From Candidatus Thalassarchaeum sp. (GTDB taxonomy: Archaea; Thermoplasmatota; Poseidoniia; Poseidoniales; Thalassarchaeaceae): 64,000 nt of DNA. The position numbers and the translations under genes are program-made. The stretch covers positions 40,401 to 104,400 of the forward strand of contig JAKUOA010000001.1 of assembly GCA_022451235.1 (NCBI GenBank), written 5' to 3'. Below the pieces are notes generated by a model. It made no database searches and was not told where the DNA came from. It saw only the letters and a program-made list of their open reading frames with translations. This document shows, piece after piece, positions 16,344 through 25,626 of this stretch (position 1 is the stretch's first letter; every line of letters begins with the position of its first letter).

Positions 16344-17293
16344 GAGGTGAAATTATCGCGGACGATGTCAAAACAGATGGACCATCAGACACCTCCCACC
16401 TTTACGATGGGAAGACCGTTAGGTCATCCGCGCCAAGCAGGAAAAAGGCTGCAGGCCGACTAAAGTCGAGTACTGATATCCCCAAAGATGCAATTCCGGA
16501 AGTACATGTGCCATCTTGGATTGAGTCTTTCTTCGGAGGACCAATTGTATCTTCGATGAAGTTCCTCCCAGCTAACCGAACTGTTACTAATTTACAGGTA
16601 AGTTCGGCGGGATGTCTAGTACTTCTAACCGCACTTACCCTACTATTCACTCCGGTATCTGGAACCGCTTGGTTTGCTATCGCAAATTTAATTGGAATGC
16701 CAATAATTGGAGGAGTTATTCACATCCTCATCATGATTATTGGTGCTATTGGAGGGGCATATGGTATCTTCCAGCGTGACCAGAGGGCATTGTTGGTCTC
16801 ATACGTTGCAATGCTACTCGTAACCCTAAGGTTCGCAGGAAGCAAAGTAGAATTCGGATTCGACCTACTACCTGAGCAAGAGATTCTACAGAAGGTGTTA
16901 CTAATTGCCTACGCGGTTTTCTTGGTCATGTACTTCGAATTAACTAACGGAATTATTCGATTTTCAATGTTAGACACTTCAATTAGAACTGGAGAAGTCT
17001 ACGTAATGGGAGAAGGTAAAATCATCAGGCAATATTACAGAGCGATTGGAATCACTCCAGTGGTTGCAGGAATTGTAGCCTTGCTAACCCTTCTCATCAA
17101 CCTAATTATTCCTGCAATGGTCGGTATATTCGATAGCGTGCAAGCAGACAGATTGAGAGAGTCAGTGGAATTAACTTCGGTATACGGTGTAGCGCTCGGA
17201 ACAGCCATGGTGTTCACGGTTATCGCAGCCGCATTTGCAGTAAACCTACCTCTACGCCTACAGCAAATGCAAGAAGGCCGAGCAAACAAGTAA
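16289..17293 (+). CDS. Polytopic membrane protein of unknown function, start uncertain
   Basis: Six or more hydrophobic helices after a basic N-terminal region. ATG 16289 overlaps the DUF58 gene by 55 nt. In-frame alternatives are GTG 16508 and ATG 16556. See the finding on the GGAGGTG site at 16343. Confidence 0.6.
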   Translation: MGTRHDARNCISRSKRILGGEIIADDVKTDGPSDTSHLYDGKTVRSSAPSRKKAAGRLKSSTDIPKDAIPEVHVPSWIESFFGGPIVSSMKFLPANRTVTNLQVSSAGCLVLLTALTLLFTPVSGTAWFAIANLIGMPIIGGVIHILIMIIGAIGGAYGIFQRDQRALLVSYVAMLLVTLRFAGSKVEFGFDLLPEQEILQKVLLIAYAVFLVMYFELTNGIIRFSMLDTSIRTGEVYVMGEGKIIRQYYRAIGITPVVAGIVALLTLLINLIIPAMVGIFDSVQADRLRESVELTSVYGVALGTAMVFTVIAAAFAVNLPLRLQQMQEGRANK

Positions 17294-17302
17294 GCGCCTA
17301 AT

Positions 17303-18400
17303 CTACTCTGGATTTAGGAATCCACCAATCATCCCCAAGTCTGCTACAACTAGCCTAGCGATAGCTCCGACAACTGGAACCGCCCGAGGACCCAATACAG
17401 GGTCATGTCTTCCACCGACTTGTAGTGGACGTTTTTCTCCACTAGGGAGGTGCAAAGTCGATTGTTCACGGGATATACTACTTGGTGGTTTGAAGTGGAC
17501 AACCACTCGAATCGGAGCGCCGGTTGACCTACCACCGAGTGCGCCATCTGCTTGAGCTGATTCTGACCCTTCCAACTCGGGTTTATCGCCATCAAAATAC
17601 CATGCATCATTATGATCGGAACCTCGCATCTTTGATGCTTGAACTCCTCTAGAGAATTCAACAGCACGAGCACCAGGAATTGCCATCATGCCTCTCGCTA
17701 GAGCCGGTTCTAAGCCATCAAACCAAGGCTCACCTACACCTATTGGTAATCCTTCAATGATACACTCAACACTCGATCCGACCGAGTCTTGATCCATCCT
17801 AACTTCTTCGATAAAGTTCGAGAATGATTCAGCAGCCTGTGAATCTAGGCAATTCAACCGGGCCATTGTCGAACCTTCGGGAGGCTCTGTATCTCTATCT
17901 AGTTGGAACAATGGTTTAGAATGTAAATCACCAACACTGTGTAAATGAGCATCAGCTCTCCAGCCAGCCTGATCCAACAATCCTCGTAATTGGCTGGCTG
18001 CAGTCACCAATCCGTAGGTCAATCTAGCCGATTGAGAGCCTCCTCCTCGCAAGTCGGCTGCACCATCTGTACGGACCATTTCAGGAAGGTCAGCATGTCC
18101 GGGACGAGGTTGATCAGGAAGGAAACTGTAATCCTTCGATTTAGCATTGGAATTCCAAGTAAGCAGAAGAATAGGCCAACCTGTTGCCTTCCCTTCATGG
18201 ACTCCCGAAAGAATCTCGCATTCGTCGGATTCGGAACGCATACTGAGACCTTTTCTTCCAGGCTTTCTTCTCGCAATATCTTCGTTCAATGCCTGTAAAT
18301 CAATCTCTGTTCCAGCTGGAATTCCCTCTACCAGAGCGCCTACACATTTTCCGTGACTTTCTCCAAAGAGAGTCACGCGGACAGAGTCTCCTAGCCTCAT
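17303..18400 (-). CDS. aroC: Chorismate synthase
   Basis: RVTLFGESHGKCVGALVEGIPAG, GRHDPVLGPRAVPV. Start set at the ATG forming an ATGA overlap with the upstream shikimate kinase stop (18397-18400). The ORF extends to 18421. Confidence 0.95.
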   Translation of the reverse strand: MRLGDSVRVTLFGESHGKCVGALVEGIPAGTEIDLQALNEDIARRKPGRKGLSMRSESDECEILSGVHEGKATGWPILLLTWNSNAKSKDYSFLPDQPRPGHADLPEMVRTDGAADLRGGGSQSARLTYGLVTAASQLRGLLDQAGWRADAHLHSVGDLHSKPLFQLDRDTEPPEGSTMARLNCLDSQAAESFSNFIEEVRMDQDSVGSSVECIIEGLPIGVGEPWFDGLEPALARGMMAIPGARAVEFSRGVQASKMRGSDHNDAWYFDGDKPELEGSESAQADGALGGRSTGAPIRVVVHFKPPSSISREQSTLHLPSGEKRPLQVGGRHDPVLGPRAVPVVGAIARLVVADLGMIGGFLNPE

Positions 18401-19260
18401 TCCCATTCTTCTCTCTCCCAATGAAGTTCAACACCATGATGAGTTCGTGTGTGGACAAATTCTAAGCCTTCAGATTTGATATGTTGCTTAACGGGTTCTG
18501 TCTGCTCAGGCTCACAGATAATGGCGATTGCTGGACCAGAACCCGAAATCGCAGCAGGGCAACCAAATCGAAGTTCGATATCTTCGCATATACTCAATGC
18601 CTCTTCATCTCCCATTGCCTCAGCAACCGCTTGCCCGTTCATCCTGAAGGCATCAATCGGAGAGCCATTTCTTAATTTCAAAACAATTTGTTCAAACCTT
18701 GGCCGGAGATTCTCAAATGATTGTGCGTCTACAGCCCCCTTCTGCATCTCTCTAAGGACAATTATCACTTCCTTTTCTGGAAATTCAATTTGTTCAATTA
18801 TTCCGGTTCCTGCCGCATTTGCATCTACGATCCAAGTAGCAGGAAAGTAAGAGCATGCGATATCATCTCTACCTCCTGAGATACTACAACCGGCCTTTGT
18901 TTGAATCGCTGAAATTAGATTGAATATGTCAGTATCACTGAGAATTACTGAATTACCTGTGGATAATGCATTTACTGCAGCCATCAATAATGCTGAACTG
19001 GATTTCAGCCCCATCCCTGTTGGTATGTCCGACTTGACGAGCCATCCAAGTTCACCTGAAGGAAGCGGTAAATCTCGTTCTTTCCAAGCTTCAAGCAGTG
19101 ATTGAAGCAAATTGTGTTCATCTCCCTCGGGAATCGAAGGACCTTCCACTAAACCAACATAGGTCCAAAGTTCGATTGGAGTCGAGCAACCATTGCCACA
19201 ACCAAGAGCGTGGAGAAGACTGATTCCAGCATGAGCCCTACCTGACCCGTAGACCTTCAT
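18397..19260 (-). CDS. Archaeal shikimate kinase (GHMP kinase family)
   Basis: GHMP motif PTGMGLKSSSALLMAAVNA, about 287 aa, embedded between DHQ synthase II and chorismate synthase with ATGA overlaps at both ends. Confidence 0.85.
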   Translation of the reverse strand: MKVYGSGRAHAGISLLHALGCGNGCSTPIELWTYVGLVEGPSIPEGDEHNLLQSLLEAWKERDLPLPSGELGWLVKSDIPTGMGLKSSSALLMAAVNALSTGNSVILSDTDIFNLISAIQTKAGCSISGGRDDIACSYFPATWIVDANAAGTGIIEQIEFPEKEVIIVLREMQKGAVDAQSFENLRPRFEQIVLKLRNGSPIDAFRMNGQAVAEAMGDEEALSICEDIELRFGCPAAISGSGPAIAIICEPEQTEPVKQHIKSEGLEFVHTRTHHGVELHWEREEWE

Positions 19261-20192
19261 CTCTCATTCATCTCCCCTGCTAGTTCTCGACCTATGTGTC
19301 GCATACCCGAGGAAAATAATACAGCGATTTTATCTCGGTTCTGGATTGAGGTAACGCTGATGTTTCCTTCTTCATTGATGAAGCGTACAGTTTCGGCCTG
19401 TTGTACAAGCACTTGTGCCGATTGATTATTCCATTCAAAATGAACCAAAAGAAATGGCCTCCTCTCAATTTTCAGGCGACCGATAGTAGCGCTACGAATT
19501 TCATTAGAGTGATTTGCGATTGCAACTTGGTCGCCTGCAGTTAATTCACTTAGATATTTTGTTGAGCCATCGGCCATTAAGCAGTAAGCGTGTACCGCCC
19601 CTGCATTAACCCGAAATGGTCTTGATGGAACAAATTCAGAGGGAATAGTTTCTCCATGAATCAAAACTAATGCATTTGCAGAAGAACCGATTAGCATACC
19701 TTCTCCTTCAGAAAGTCTCTCTGTCAAATCAACACAGATTCGTTCACCTACACCCCCTGATTCGACATTGGTGACATTTGCCATAACCAATGATGGAACG
19801 GCCTTTCTTTCTTCCAGTTGGACAGAAGCCCTCTCTCCAGAAATCTCCTCTGCAGCACCCCACAATTTTTCATCAGCAGGAAGTAGTAATGCATCAACAC
19901 CATGTTGCAATGCAAAGGCTGCTCCACTAAGGTCTACGATTTGTGAAATTGCAGCCGCGATTCTAGTGCCACTCCCTGCGGCTGCGGCTACGATGTTCTC
20001 AAGAGGAATCATTGTCCAATCCGAACATCGAACCAAAATCCAATCAATCATACCAACTAGTGAGATCGCCTCGTCTTGACCGTGAAAATCATCTAATTGC
20101 ACTACTGCTACATCATGGTCTGAGGTTTTCCATACTCTGTCTGCTCTCTTGGCAAAATCAGAGGATTCCTCGCCCTCAAGCCACAATTGCAA
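19257..20192 (-). CDS. 3-dehydroquinate synthase type II (archaeal AroB-prime)
   Basis: RICVDLTERLSEGEGMLIGSSANALVLIHGE, SRPFRVNAGAVHAYCLMADGSTKYLSELTAGDQV and IGRLKIERRPFLLVHFE are hallmark blocks of the archaeal DHQS-II family. Confidence 0.9.
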   Translation of the reverse strand: MQLWLEGEESSDFAKRADRVWKTSDHDVAVVQLDDFHGQDEAISLVGMIDWILVRCSDWTMIPLENIVAAAAGSGTRIAAAISQIVDLSGAAFALQHGVDALLLPADEKLWGAAEEISGERASVQLEERKAVPSLVMANVTNVESGGVGERICVDLTERLSEGEGMLIGSSANALVLIHGETIPSEFVPSRPFRVNAGAVHAYCLMADGSTKYLSELTAGDQVAIANHSNEIRSATIGRLKIERRPFLLVHFEWNNQSAQVLVQQAETVRFINEEGNISVTSIQNRDKIAVLFSSGMRHIGRELAGEMNER

Positions 20193-20196
20193 ACAA

Positions 20197-20991
20197 TCAC
20201 CTCAAATGTTCTGCGGCTTCAGCAGCACTCATTCCTTCGTGAATCACTGATTTCAGAGCGCGAATATGAGAGGCTGGATCATCTGCTCCAAACACCTGTC
20301 TACCCATGCAGACTCCAGCGCCGCCCGCTGAAATTGACTGCTCGACAATTCTGAGTAATTCTGTGAATGATGTTCCACGTGATCCGCCTGCAATTAGAAC
20401 TGGAATCGGAACTGCCGAGCATACTTCGGCAAAAGATTCTGCATCTCCAGTCCATGGAACTTTGACAACATCGCAACCAAGTTCCCACGCAACTCTTGCA
20501 GCGTGGGCAATTCCTCCTGTTTTGTCATCATCGGAGACAATTAGATTTGCTCCTCGGGGATATACCATACCAAGCACAGGTATCCCTAGGGCTATTGCCT
20601 CGCCGGTCAAAGCGCCCATTTCGACAATCATTTCCGGTTCGTACTCATCACCAAGATTAATCTGAGCGGAACATCCTGTTGCTCCTCGGAATAGGCATTC
20701 TTCTGCGGTTGCCACTCGTACTTTGTATCCAGCACGTTCACCAGCATGTTTGGTAGAAACTGACACATGACAAACAAAACGATTCCATCCGGTTCTTTCG
20801 ACGTGATGAGTCAAGGTTCCTTTCTGGAGAACTATTGCATCAGCACCTGCTTCTATACAAGAATCGACTACCTCGTCCATCCTTTCAAGTCCCCTTTCTG
20901 GATATCCCGATATACCGTGATCCATAGGAATCCAAACACCCTTCCCACCTGGGAGTAAGCGATTCAACCTCTCGAATAGGGTCTCGGCCAT
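20197..20991 (-). CDS. 2-amino-3,7-dideoxy-D-threo-hept-6-ulosonate (ADH) synthase, class I aldolase family (AroA-prime)
   Basis: VWIPMDHGISGYP, the DeoC/FbaB-type TIM barrel with catalytic Lys context VVKVPWTGD, and IAGG. Located first in the aro operon. Start taken at MAETLFERL (20991). The ORF opens at 21015. Confidence 0.85.
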   Translation of the reverse strand: MAETLFERLNRLLPGGKGVWIPMDHGISGYPERGLERMDEVVDSCIEAGADAIVLQKGTLTHHVERTGWNRFVCHVSVSTKHAGERAGYKVRVATAEECLFRGATGCSAQINLGDEYEPEMIVEMGALTGEAIALGIPVLGMVYPRGANLIVSDDDKTGGIAHAARVAWELGCDVVKVPWTGDAESFAEVCSAVPIPVLIAGGSRGTSFTELLRIVEQSISAGGAGVCMGRQVFGADDPASHIRALKSVIHEGMSAAEAAEHLR

Positions 20992-21064
20992 GGAATTCCG
21001 TCTACACTGCCTCACTTGAAAGGATGCGTTTGGTATTATTGGAATAATTACTAGATATTCTTAA

Positions 21065-22357
21065 TCATTCCAAATTATCTATACCAATCATAAGCAAAGT
21101 TAACACTACAATTAATCCCAATGCAAATGTATGGAATATTAGATTAAAGAGAATATGCAAGGATTTGTCATCGGTATAATTGTACGGAAACAATTCCAAC
21201 ACCTTCTCACGGCCTCCTTTAATTCCAAAAAGAGGCCTTAGTAATGAAGCACGCTTGACCAACTCAAAACAAGCTAATACTCCAAAAATCAAAACAGGGG
21301 TTCCTATGATCATCGCGGGTAGAAATCCTATGCCAATAATTGCTAAAATCACTATCAAAATAATAGTAAGGTGCATGTGTAGGATATAGGTTGCATAAAC
21401 TGATTCATTTAGGTAAGAGACATATTTACCGGGTTTGTTTAGTACTTTAGAGGCCCAGGTAAAAATAAGCAGGCACCAGAACCAGGCATGAAAAGATTGC
21501 AGAATTGAGGCAATTATTACCTTCAACGAGAATGGAGAATAACCTTCGTTTACCCATCCACCTTCCATAACATACGGTACATCGATTAAGATAATGAAAA
21601 TGAACCAGAATATGGCTAATAAGGGTGTGATTATTGTGATAGGGATACGTATTTTTTCCAATGATTGGAAGTAGTCATTTTTCGCAGATATGAGAAGAAA
21701 ACCAATTAAAAAATAAATCATATATCTAGGAAATTCCCACCACATACCAACCTCTCCAAATTCCCATGGTTTCAATAAAATTCCATTTATTGATAGTATG
21801 ACAGGAGGTAAAATAAGAATTCCGAGGCCAGATTTCATTCGAAGGATTCGGCGCATTAAACGCATTATTGAACCATTGGGATTAGTCTTTACATGATAGA
21901 AAATAGGAGTAAGTACAATTGAGTAAATCAGTAAGTTGTAAACAAACCAAAGGTGACCATACGGCATATTTTCTGAACCTGGAAAAATAGAGAACAATAG
22001 TACGGTATTTTCTGCAAAATCAAGTATTCCGAAAAAAAGAATGTACACTGTGAAAAGAAGAGGCAATCCAAGCCTAGTAAGTCTCTCCTTGACATATTGT
22101 TTCCAAGTTCTTTTTCTTAGCGCAAAAGCAGTTCCCATACCTGAAATCACAAACAGAGCCGCTAATCTCCACTGATGCATTACAGAAACTACGAAGAAAT
22201 ATGGTAGGCCAAAAATCCCCTCTGGTTGTTTGAAATAGAATACTGCAAAATGAAACCAAATCAGTAATCCAAACAAAATTACTCTTAGCCAATCTATGTC
22301 ATATCGGCGGATGGATTTGTTAGATTCAAGAATCACAACATTGGGAGACCCTTGCAT
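21065..22357 (-). CDS. Integral membrane acyltransferase (Acyl_transf_3 family)
   Basis: N-terminal RRYDIDWLRVILFGLLIWFHF is the typical acyltransferase-3 opening motif. About 10-11 TM helices over 430 aa. Confidence 0.6.
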   Translation of the reverse strand: MQGSPNVVILESNKSIRRYDIDWLRVILFGLLIWFHFAVFYFKQPEGIFGLPYFFVVSVMHQWRLAALFVISGMGTAFALRKRTWKQYVKERLTRLGLPLLFTVYILFFGILDFAENTVLLFSIFPGSENMPYGHLWFVYNLLIYSIVLTPIFYHVKTNPNGSIMRLMRRILRMKSGLGILILPPVILSINGILLKPWEFGEVGMWWEFPRYMIYFLIGFLLISAKNDYFQSLEKIRIPITIITPLLAIFWFIFIILIDVPYVMEGGWVNEGYSPFSLKVIIASILQSFHAWFWCLLIFTWASKVLNKPGKYVSYLNESVYATYILHMHLTIILIVILAIIGIGFLPAMIIGTPVLIFGVLACFELVKRASLLRPLFGIKGGREKVLELFPYNYTDDKSLHILFNLIFHTFALGLIVVLTLLMIGIDNLE

Positions 22358-22376
22358 GCTAAATGCCTCTTATTTA

Positions 22377-23159
22377 CTACAAACTGAAGTCTATTATTAG
22401 TGGTGCATGATCCGAGCATTCCAAGCCGGCTCGTCGATTGACCTCTGCGTATTCAAAATTTGACAAAGCGGCATCATTAGCCAACACATAATCGATACGC
22501 CAGCCTCTGTCGAGAGCCCTGGCTTGACCTCTATTCGACCACCAAGTGTAGGGTCCTTTTCTGTCCCCGAAGTGAATTCTATGCAAATCATGCCAGCCAC
22601 TGTCAAGGAAGCGGCTGAACCATTCTCTCTCATGGTCAAGGAAACCAGATGTCATGCGGTTTCCACTAGGATTCCATATGTCATTCTCCGTGTGTGCAAT
22701 GTTCAAATCTCCAACCAAAACAACAGGCTCAGGCGAATTCAGATACTGTTTAGACCAAATCAACAAATCTTCCAACCACTGATCTTTGTAGGCCTGTCTC
22801 GCTGGACCTGAACCCCCATTAGGCAGGTAGATATTGATGCAAGTCAATCCTCCAGATTTGGTCGTTAGAACTCTTCCTTCCAAATCATCAGGATCTAAAT
22901 CAGTATCAATCCCTCTTGCAATTTCTTCTATCCCCAAACGCGAAAAGGAGGCCACTCCCGAGTAACCCTTTTTCTCCGCAGGATGCCAAACGACTTCATG
23001 CCCAGAAGGTAATTCCCAATCCTTAGGTAATTGTTCAGGCAATGCCCTTACCTCTTGTAAAAGCCAAACATCTGCATCTATTTTTGCCATCCAATCATCC
23101 ATGCCTTTTCGGATAGCGGCCCGGATTCCATTAACATTCCAAGTCACTACTCGCATCAA
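22377..23159 (-). CDS. xth: Exodeoxyribonuclease III / AP endonuclease
   Basis: MRVVTWNVNGIRAAIRKG, LLQEVRA, GDLNIAH, RIDYVL, SDHAPL. These are the full ExoIII motif set. Confidence 0.95.
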   Translation of the reverse strand: MMRVVTWNVNGIRAAIRKGMDDWMAKIDADVWLLQEVRALPEQLPKDWELPSGHEVVWHPAEKKGYSGVASFSRLGIEEIARGIDTDLDPDDLEGRVLTTKSGGLTCINIYLPNGGSGPARQAYKDQWLEDLLIWSKQYLNSPEPVVLVGDLNIAHTENDIWNPSGNRMTSGFLDHEREWFSRFLDSGWHDLHRIHFGDRKGPYTWWSNRGQARALDRGWRIDYVLANDAALSNFEYAEVNRRAGLECSDHAPLIIDFSL

Positions 23160-23169
23160 ATCACCAACA

Positions 23170-25617
23170 TCAATTTGAAAATTCCTTGACCTTTTCTACA
23201 AGATCCATTCTGTGTACTCTCCACATACCTACCGGAGTTAATGCGACCGAGATAAATAATACAATTCCAACCAGATATGAAGAAATCAAAGGATCAGCAT
23301 CGACTTTGAAATAGAACGACCATTGTACTAAACTGCTAATCATCCATTGAGTTCCAAGAATTGAAAATATAGCGCCCAAAACTCCGCCAATCAAGCCAAT
23401 AGCAAAGTGTTCACCAAGCATCATTGAACCAATTCTACTAATCGGTGCGCCTAGAACTCTGAGTGTTGCTAATTCCAAATCTCGCTCTGCTAAGTTGATA
23501 ATTAGAGTGTTAAACAACACCACAATTGCAACTACGATTCCTAATAATTGAATCGAAATGAAGAAACCTTGTTGCTGTTCCATCAGTGATTCCATCGCAT
23601 CAATAGTTTGTTGTTTATCGATAATTCCAATCGACATATCTCCTAACTCATTTGTTCTGTTAAACTCCTCAGGATAGGTCAAGAATACTGAGGTAGTCTC
23701 TAGGTCAACTTCGGAAGCCAAATCTGCTCGATTAAAGTAAACCGTTCTAGCAATCTCCCCCTCCGTTATTCCGGTGATCTTGAACTCAACAAGTTGTGAA
23801 CCAAATCTGATTGCCTGCACTTCTCCAACTTCCCATCCAAGGAAGTGTTGAATTCCTTCGTCAACTAATGCCTCTGGAGGGTCACTGCCCTGATTCGGCA
23901 AATCTCCTTCAATCAGACTCAATGTCTGCATAGCTTGATTTCCTGAAGTTGAAAATACATCCAAACCCATTGCTACTAATTGTCGGGAATCTCCATCAGG
24001 ATTTGCAGGTAGGGTAAGCAATAATTCGTAATCGATTGAGTTTTCTTCAGCCCATTCAACAATCTCTACTTCCATTCCAGGATATACTATTGCCTGTTGA
24101 TCCCAGTTGGAGCTCTCATCAGCATTGCCGATGAAAACATTCTCCATTGAATCCATCATAAATAGCATTGAGCCGAGAATTAGCATCGATAATCCAACTG
24201 CAAAGAAAGTGAAAGCCAAACGAATTGGTTTACGGGTACTTGATCTGATTGTGAGTCCAATTGTGGTTGGAAGTTTCGAGGTGAATTGTTGAATTGCTTT
24301 CGATGATAACTTGACTTCGACTTGCCCCCTGAGGACTTTCAAGGGGTCTAAATTAGCAGCTTGCCATGCAGGTCTAATCCCTGAAAACATTACAAGAAGC
24401 ATTGTGATTATCGAAATTTCAAAGACCTGCATAAATGAATAATTGTCGCCTATAATTGGGATACCCATAATTTCTTCATAAACTAATTCCATCGCAGGGG
24501 AACCCACGAAAATACCACCAATAATTCCAAGAATTATTCCAAACAAACCTATCCCCATAGGCGCTAAAACGTAAGAGGGCATAATAGCTGAACGAGGGAT
24601 TCCTAACGTTCTGAGAATCGCAATTTCTCTTGCTTGAGATTGAATTAATCTTTGTAGACTCAAGAATATTGTAATTCCAGCAACTAGTACCAGCATTGCT
24701 GTAATTACTGGATATGTTTTCATTGCACCTTCAGCATCAGCCCTAAGTAATTCAACCGATTCTACCCCTGAACGGTCATAGATGATTGCCGATTGGTCGA
24801 TGTCAGTAACTGTAATTGTCATCGAATCAATAATTGCAGAGAGTTCTTCGCCTTCTTTCTCATCTGTCGATTCTAAATCATATTCCGGAGTATCCAAAAC
24901 ATCAATCAACAGCATATTTGCAGTCCCTGCAGATACGTTTGCCAATGCTTCTAATCCTGATGAAGTTAGGTATCCTGCTGCAAAAGTACCAGATTCAGCG
25001 GGAACTATTGACCCTGGTGCTGCGAAATAAAGATGCATTGGGTGATACCCAAATCCTACTATTGTGAAATTCAAGGTTCCCTGACCTGCACCAATTGTAA
25101 TGGTATCACCCAACTCGACACCTAATCCCTCAACTACATGGGCATCGAGCACTATTTCATCATGGGACTCAGCAAGACGGCCCTCGCAACATGAATCATC
25201 AGGCATCCAAACTCGATTGACATAGCCCTCATCAATACCGTGCCAAACACCTGGCACCAGCCGCTCTGAACCATCATCTTCTGTAGCTATCAATAAGCCT
25301 TCGAGAACTAAACGGGATTCACATTCTACCATAGGTAGTTGAGAATTTGTCCATTGAAGTGAAATTTCTTCACATAGATTTTCAGATTCTTCTAAATCCC
25401 AAATATCCCTTGGATTTTCAACCCATATATCGGCCAAATTCACTCCATTTTCAGAATCTTCATAGATTTCGGAATACATGTTTGTTGTCATGTGTGCGTA
25501 ATGACCGAATGCTATACCCGACATCACTCCTACCATTATGATAAGGACTACCGCAACCAATCGTATTTTACTACGCCAAAGGCTTCGAAAAAGCCTCTTT
25601 GTCAACAGTGCTTTCAT
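23170..25617 (-). CDS. ABC transporter permease, double FtsX domain (MacB/YbbP-like) with large extracytoplasmic domains
   Basis: 815 aa. It has an N-terminal TM, a large loop, a 3-TM FtsX block (REIAILRTLGIPRS), a second large loop and a second FtsX block (RDLELATLRVLGAPISR). Confidence 0.88.
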   Translation of the reverse strand: MKALLTKRLFRSLWRSKIRLVAVVLIIMVGVMSGIAFGHYAHMTTNMYSEIYEDSENGVNLADIWVENPRDIWDLEESENLCEEISLQWTNSQLPMVECESRLVLEGLLIATEDDGSERLVPGVWHGIDEGYVNRVWMPDDSCCEGRLAESHDEIVLDAHVVEGLGVELGDTITIGAGQGTLNFTIVGFGYHPMHLYFAAPGSIVPAESGTFAAGYLTSSGLEALANVSAGTANMLLIDVLDTPEYDLESTDEKEGEELSAIIDSMTITVTDIDQSAIIYDRSGVESVELLRADAEGAMKTYPVITAMLVLVAGITIFLSLQRLIQSQAREIAILRTLGIPRSAIMPSYVLAPMGIGLFGIILGIIGGIFVGSPAMELVYEEIMGIPIIGDNYSFMQVFEISIITMLLVMFSGIRPAWQAANLDPLKVLRGQVEVKLSSKAIQQFTSKLPTTIGLTIRSSTRKPIRLAFTFFAVGLSMLILGSMLFMMDSMENVFIGNADESSNWDQQAIVYPGMEVEIVEWAEENSIDYELLLTLPANPDGDSRQLVAMGLDVFSTSGNQAMQTLSLIEGDLPNQGSDPPEALVDEGIQHFLGWEVGEVQAIRFGSQLVEFKITGITEGEIARTVYFNRADLASEVDLETTSVFLTYPEEFNRTNELGDMSIGIIDKQQTIDAMESLMEQQQGFFISIQLLGIVVAIVVLFNTLIINLAERDLELATLRVLGAPISRIGSMMLGEHFAIGLIGGVLGAIFSILGTQWMISSLVQWSFYFKVDADPLISSYLVGIVLFISVALTPVGMWRVHRMDLVEKVKEFSN

Positions 25618-25626
25618 GCTATCACC

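Noticed and set aside
21065-22357. The acyltransferase-3 gene looks AT-rich, about 35-37% GC in hand-counted 60-nt lines versus about 50% in the adjacent aro genes. This suggested horizontal acquisition.
   Set aside because: Other membrane-protein genes in the window, for example phnE near 32521, are as AT-rich or more so by the same hand count. The skew is explained by hydrophobic and aromatic codon content. No flanking repeats or integrase are present.
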